DNA of 8,861 bases from an uncultured archaeon (GTDB lineage: Archaea; Asgardarchaeota; Lokiarchaeia; Sigyniarchaeales; Promethearchaeaceae): the NCBI GenBank assembly GCA_964426185.1, contig CAYRPF010000032.1, forward strand, positions 1-8,861, given 5' to 3'. Below the pieces are notes generated by a model. The model was not told the DNA's origin. It saw nothing but the letters and a program-made list of their open reading frames with translations, and did not search any database. Shown here piece by piece: positions 7,488 to 8,861 of the stretch. Both the position numbers and the translations under genes were made by a program. Within the stretch, counting starts at the first letter, position 1; every line of letters starts with the position of its first letter.

Positions 7488-8861
7488 ATGGCTCACTTAT
7501 ATCTGGCAGATAAATATCAAATACGAAAGCAATCTATTCAAAAACTTTCTGGCAAAGCTAAAACCAAAGATAAACAAACAGTAAGAGACAAAAAAGCTGA
7601 ACAAAGCTGGGGAGATACCATGGGCGGCATTCTAAAATTCATTAAGTGGGTTGACCGATACAAAATTTATCAAATCGCAAAATATCGCCCATTATCTGCT
7701 CTGAATGGATGGGGACATTTACTTGGAAGTCTAGTTTTTGGAACGTCTTATAAAATTCGTCGTAGGATAATGACCAGTTTAAAGGCATTACATCCACAAG
7801 CTTCGCAAAAAACTCTTGAACTAATGCTGAAAACTCATGTAAAGTACATGGGAATGTTTTTGATGGACATCATGTTCAGAATGCCCTTCATCTGCGATTA
7901 TCCTGAAGGGACACAAGTAAAGGAACTTAAATACTTAAATTTTGAACGATTAGATGAAGCACTTCAAAAAGGAAAGGGTGTAATCATTCTAATTCTCCAC
8001 ATCGGGCAACACTTCCATAATCCCGGCGGAATTTTTCTTCATCCCAAGAAATACCCAATGTCCGTTGTTGCCAGTGTAAAAAACCTTCCTATGTATGAAT
8101 TTAATAATCGTCCTCATTTTGACAATCTCTATATTTACGCAAGTACCAAATTCGCCCATATTGCTCCACAATTACGAAAGAGACTAGAAAAAAATGAAAT
8201 ATTAGTAATGTATCACGATTATTCCGCCAAAACGCAGTTAAAAGTACCTTTTATTACGGGAAAATTGCCTTTTTTAATTAACACACCTCAAAGTTATATT
8301 CGATTGCATCGATTAACCGGAGCTGAAATTTTACCATTAATCACATTACCCGACGGTGTTTTTGGAAAATCTAAACTTTTCTTTATTGATAATTCCAGCA
8401 TCAAAAATATCTCGCAGCAATTTTGGGATGCCCCTATGGAAGAATTTCACGGGAGAATGTCTACAGAAATCAACCGAATAATGTATCCTTGGGTGGTAAA
8501 ATATGCGCCATGGTGGGAAGAATTAATGCGACTTGCGGGCATGCGGAGTAAAGACGAATTAAAGATTCCAGCAAACATTACACTGAAGGAATTTCTATCT
8601 CTTATCCAGGAAAAAATGCACGTGGTTATCGATGGAAGTTGGGAACCAGGTCGAAAAGATTCAGATTGGATGGAAAGCATCGATCAAACATTTCAGAAAA
8701 TCTTTCAAAATTTGAAATCTCCCGAGGTTCTATTCAGAGAGCATAAATCAAGGATAAATTTAACATGCATGACCGGTCAACAAGAAATGCAAAAATTAAC
8801 CCAAATCGCTAAACAAGAGTGTGAGAAAAAAGGGGAAAAAACCTCGGCTGGTTATCTTTCG
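7488..8861 (+). CDS. LpxL/HtrB-like (lipid A biosynthesis acyltransferase family, LPLAT superfamily) acyltransferase with C-terminal extension; 3'-truncated by the window edge
   Basis: My translation gives 458 codons with no stop (MAHLYLADKY...SAGYLS). Family motifs appear in order: FERLDEALQKGKGVIILILHIGQH, LEKNEILVMYHD, KVPF, RLHRLTGAEILP, EINRIMYPWVVKYAPWW. Absent from the ORF track because no stop is in the window. Alternative ATG at 7620 has GGAG upstream. Confidence 0.8.
   Translation, partial: MAHLYLADKYQIRKQSIQKLSGKAKTKDKQTVRDKKAEQSWGDTMGGILKFIKWVDRYKIYQIAKYRPLSALNGWGHLLGSLVFGTSYKIRRRIMTSLKALHPQASQKTLELMLKTHVKYMGMFLMDIMFRMPFICDYPEGTQVKELKYLNFERLDEALQKGKGVIILILHIGQHFHNPGGIFLHPKKYPMSVVASVKNLPMYEFNNRPHFDNLYIYASTKFAHIAPQLRKRLEKNEILVMYHDYSAKTQLKVPFITGKLPFLINTPQSYIRLHRLTGAEILPLITLPDGVFGKSKLFFIDNSSIKNISQQFWDAPMEEFHGRMSTEINRIMYPWVVKYAPWWEELMRLAGMRSKDELKIPANITLKEFLSLIQEKMHVVIDGSWEPGRKDSDWMESIDQTFQKIFQNLKSPEVLFREHKSRINLTCMTGQQEMQKLTQIAKQECEKKGEKTSAGYLS

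Noticed and set aside
7989-8680. Minus-strand ORFs 7989..8171 and 8447..8680
   Set aside because: Antisense to the long + strand acyltransferase ORF starting at 7488.

Overview
AT-rich prokaryotic window with two gene blocks pointing away from each other. Minus strand: a COG1373-type AAA+ ATPase (ATPase, winged HTH, DUF4143/PD-(D/E)XK-like end) with an in-frame 9-bp tandem-repeat insertion, followed by a NUDT5/ADP-ribose-pyrophosphatase-like Nudix hydrolase. Plus strand: a MarR regulator, a heterodimeric TM287/TM288-type ABC exporter pair, a 10-bp-periodic pyrimidine repeat, and a >=458-aa ORF running off the right edge. That ORF is missing from the ORF track and encodes an LpxL/HtrB-like acyltransferase with an altered catalytic motif and a long C-terminal extension. 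An archaeal host (possibly Asgard/Lokiarchaeia-like) is inferred, not shown: TATA-like boxes lie ~25-40 nt before starts, SD sites are scarce, and one transporter loop is dense in N-glycosylation sequons. Most notable: the acyltransferase, the sequon-rich ABC loop, and the ATPase gene flanked by an 11-bp direct repeat with paired palindromes around its promoter.
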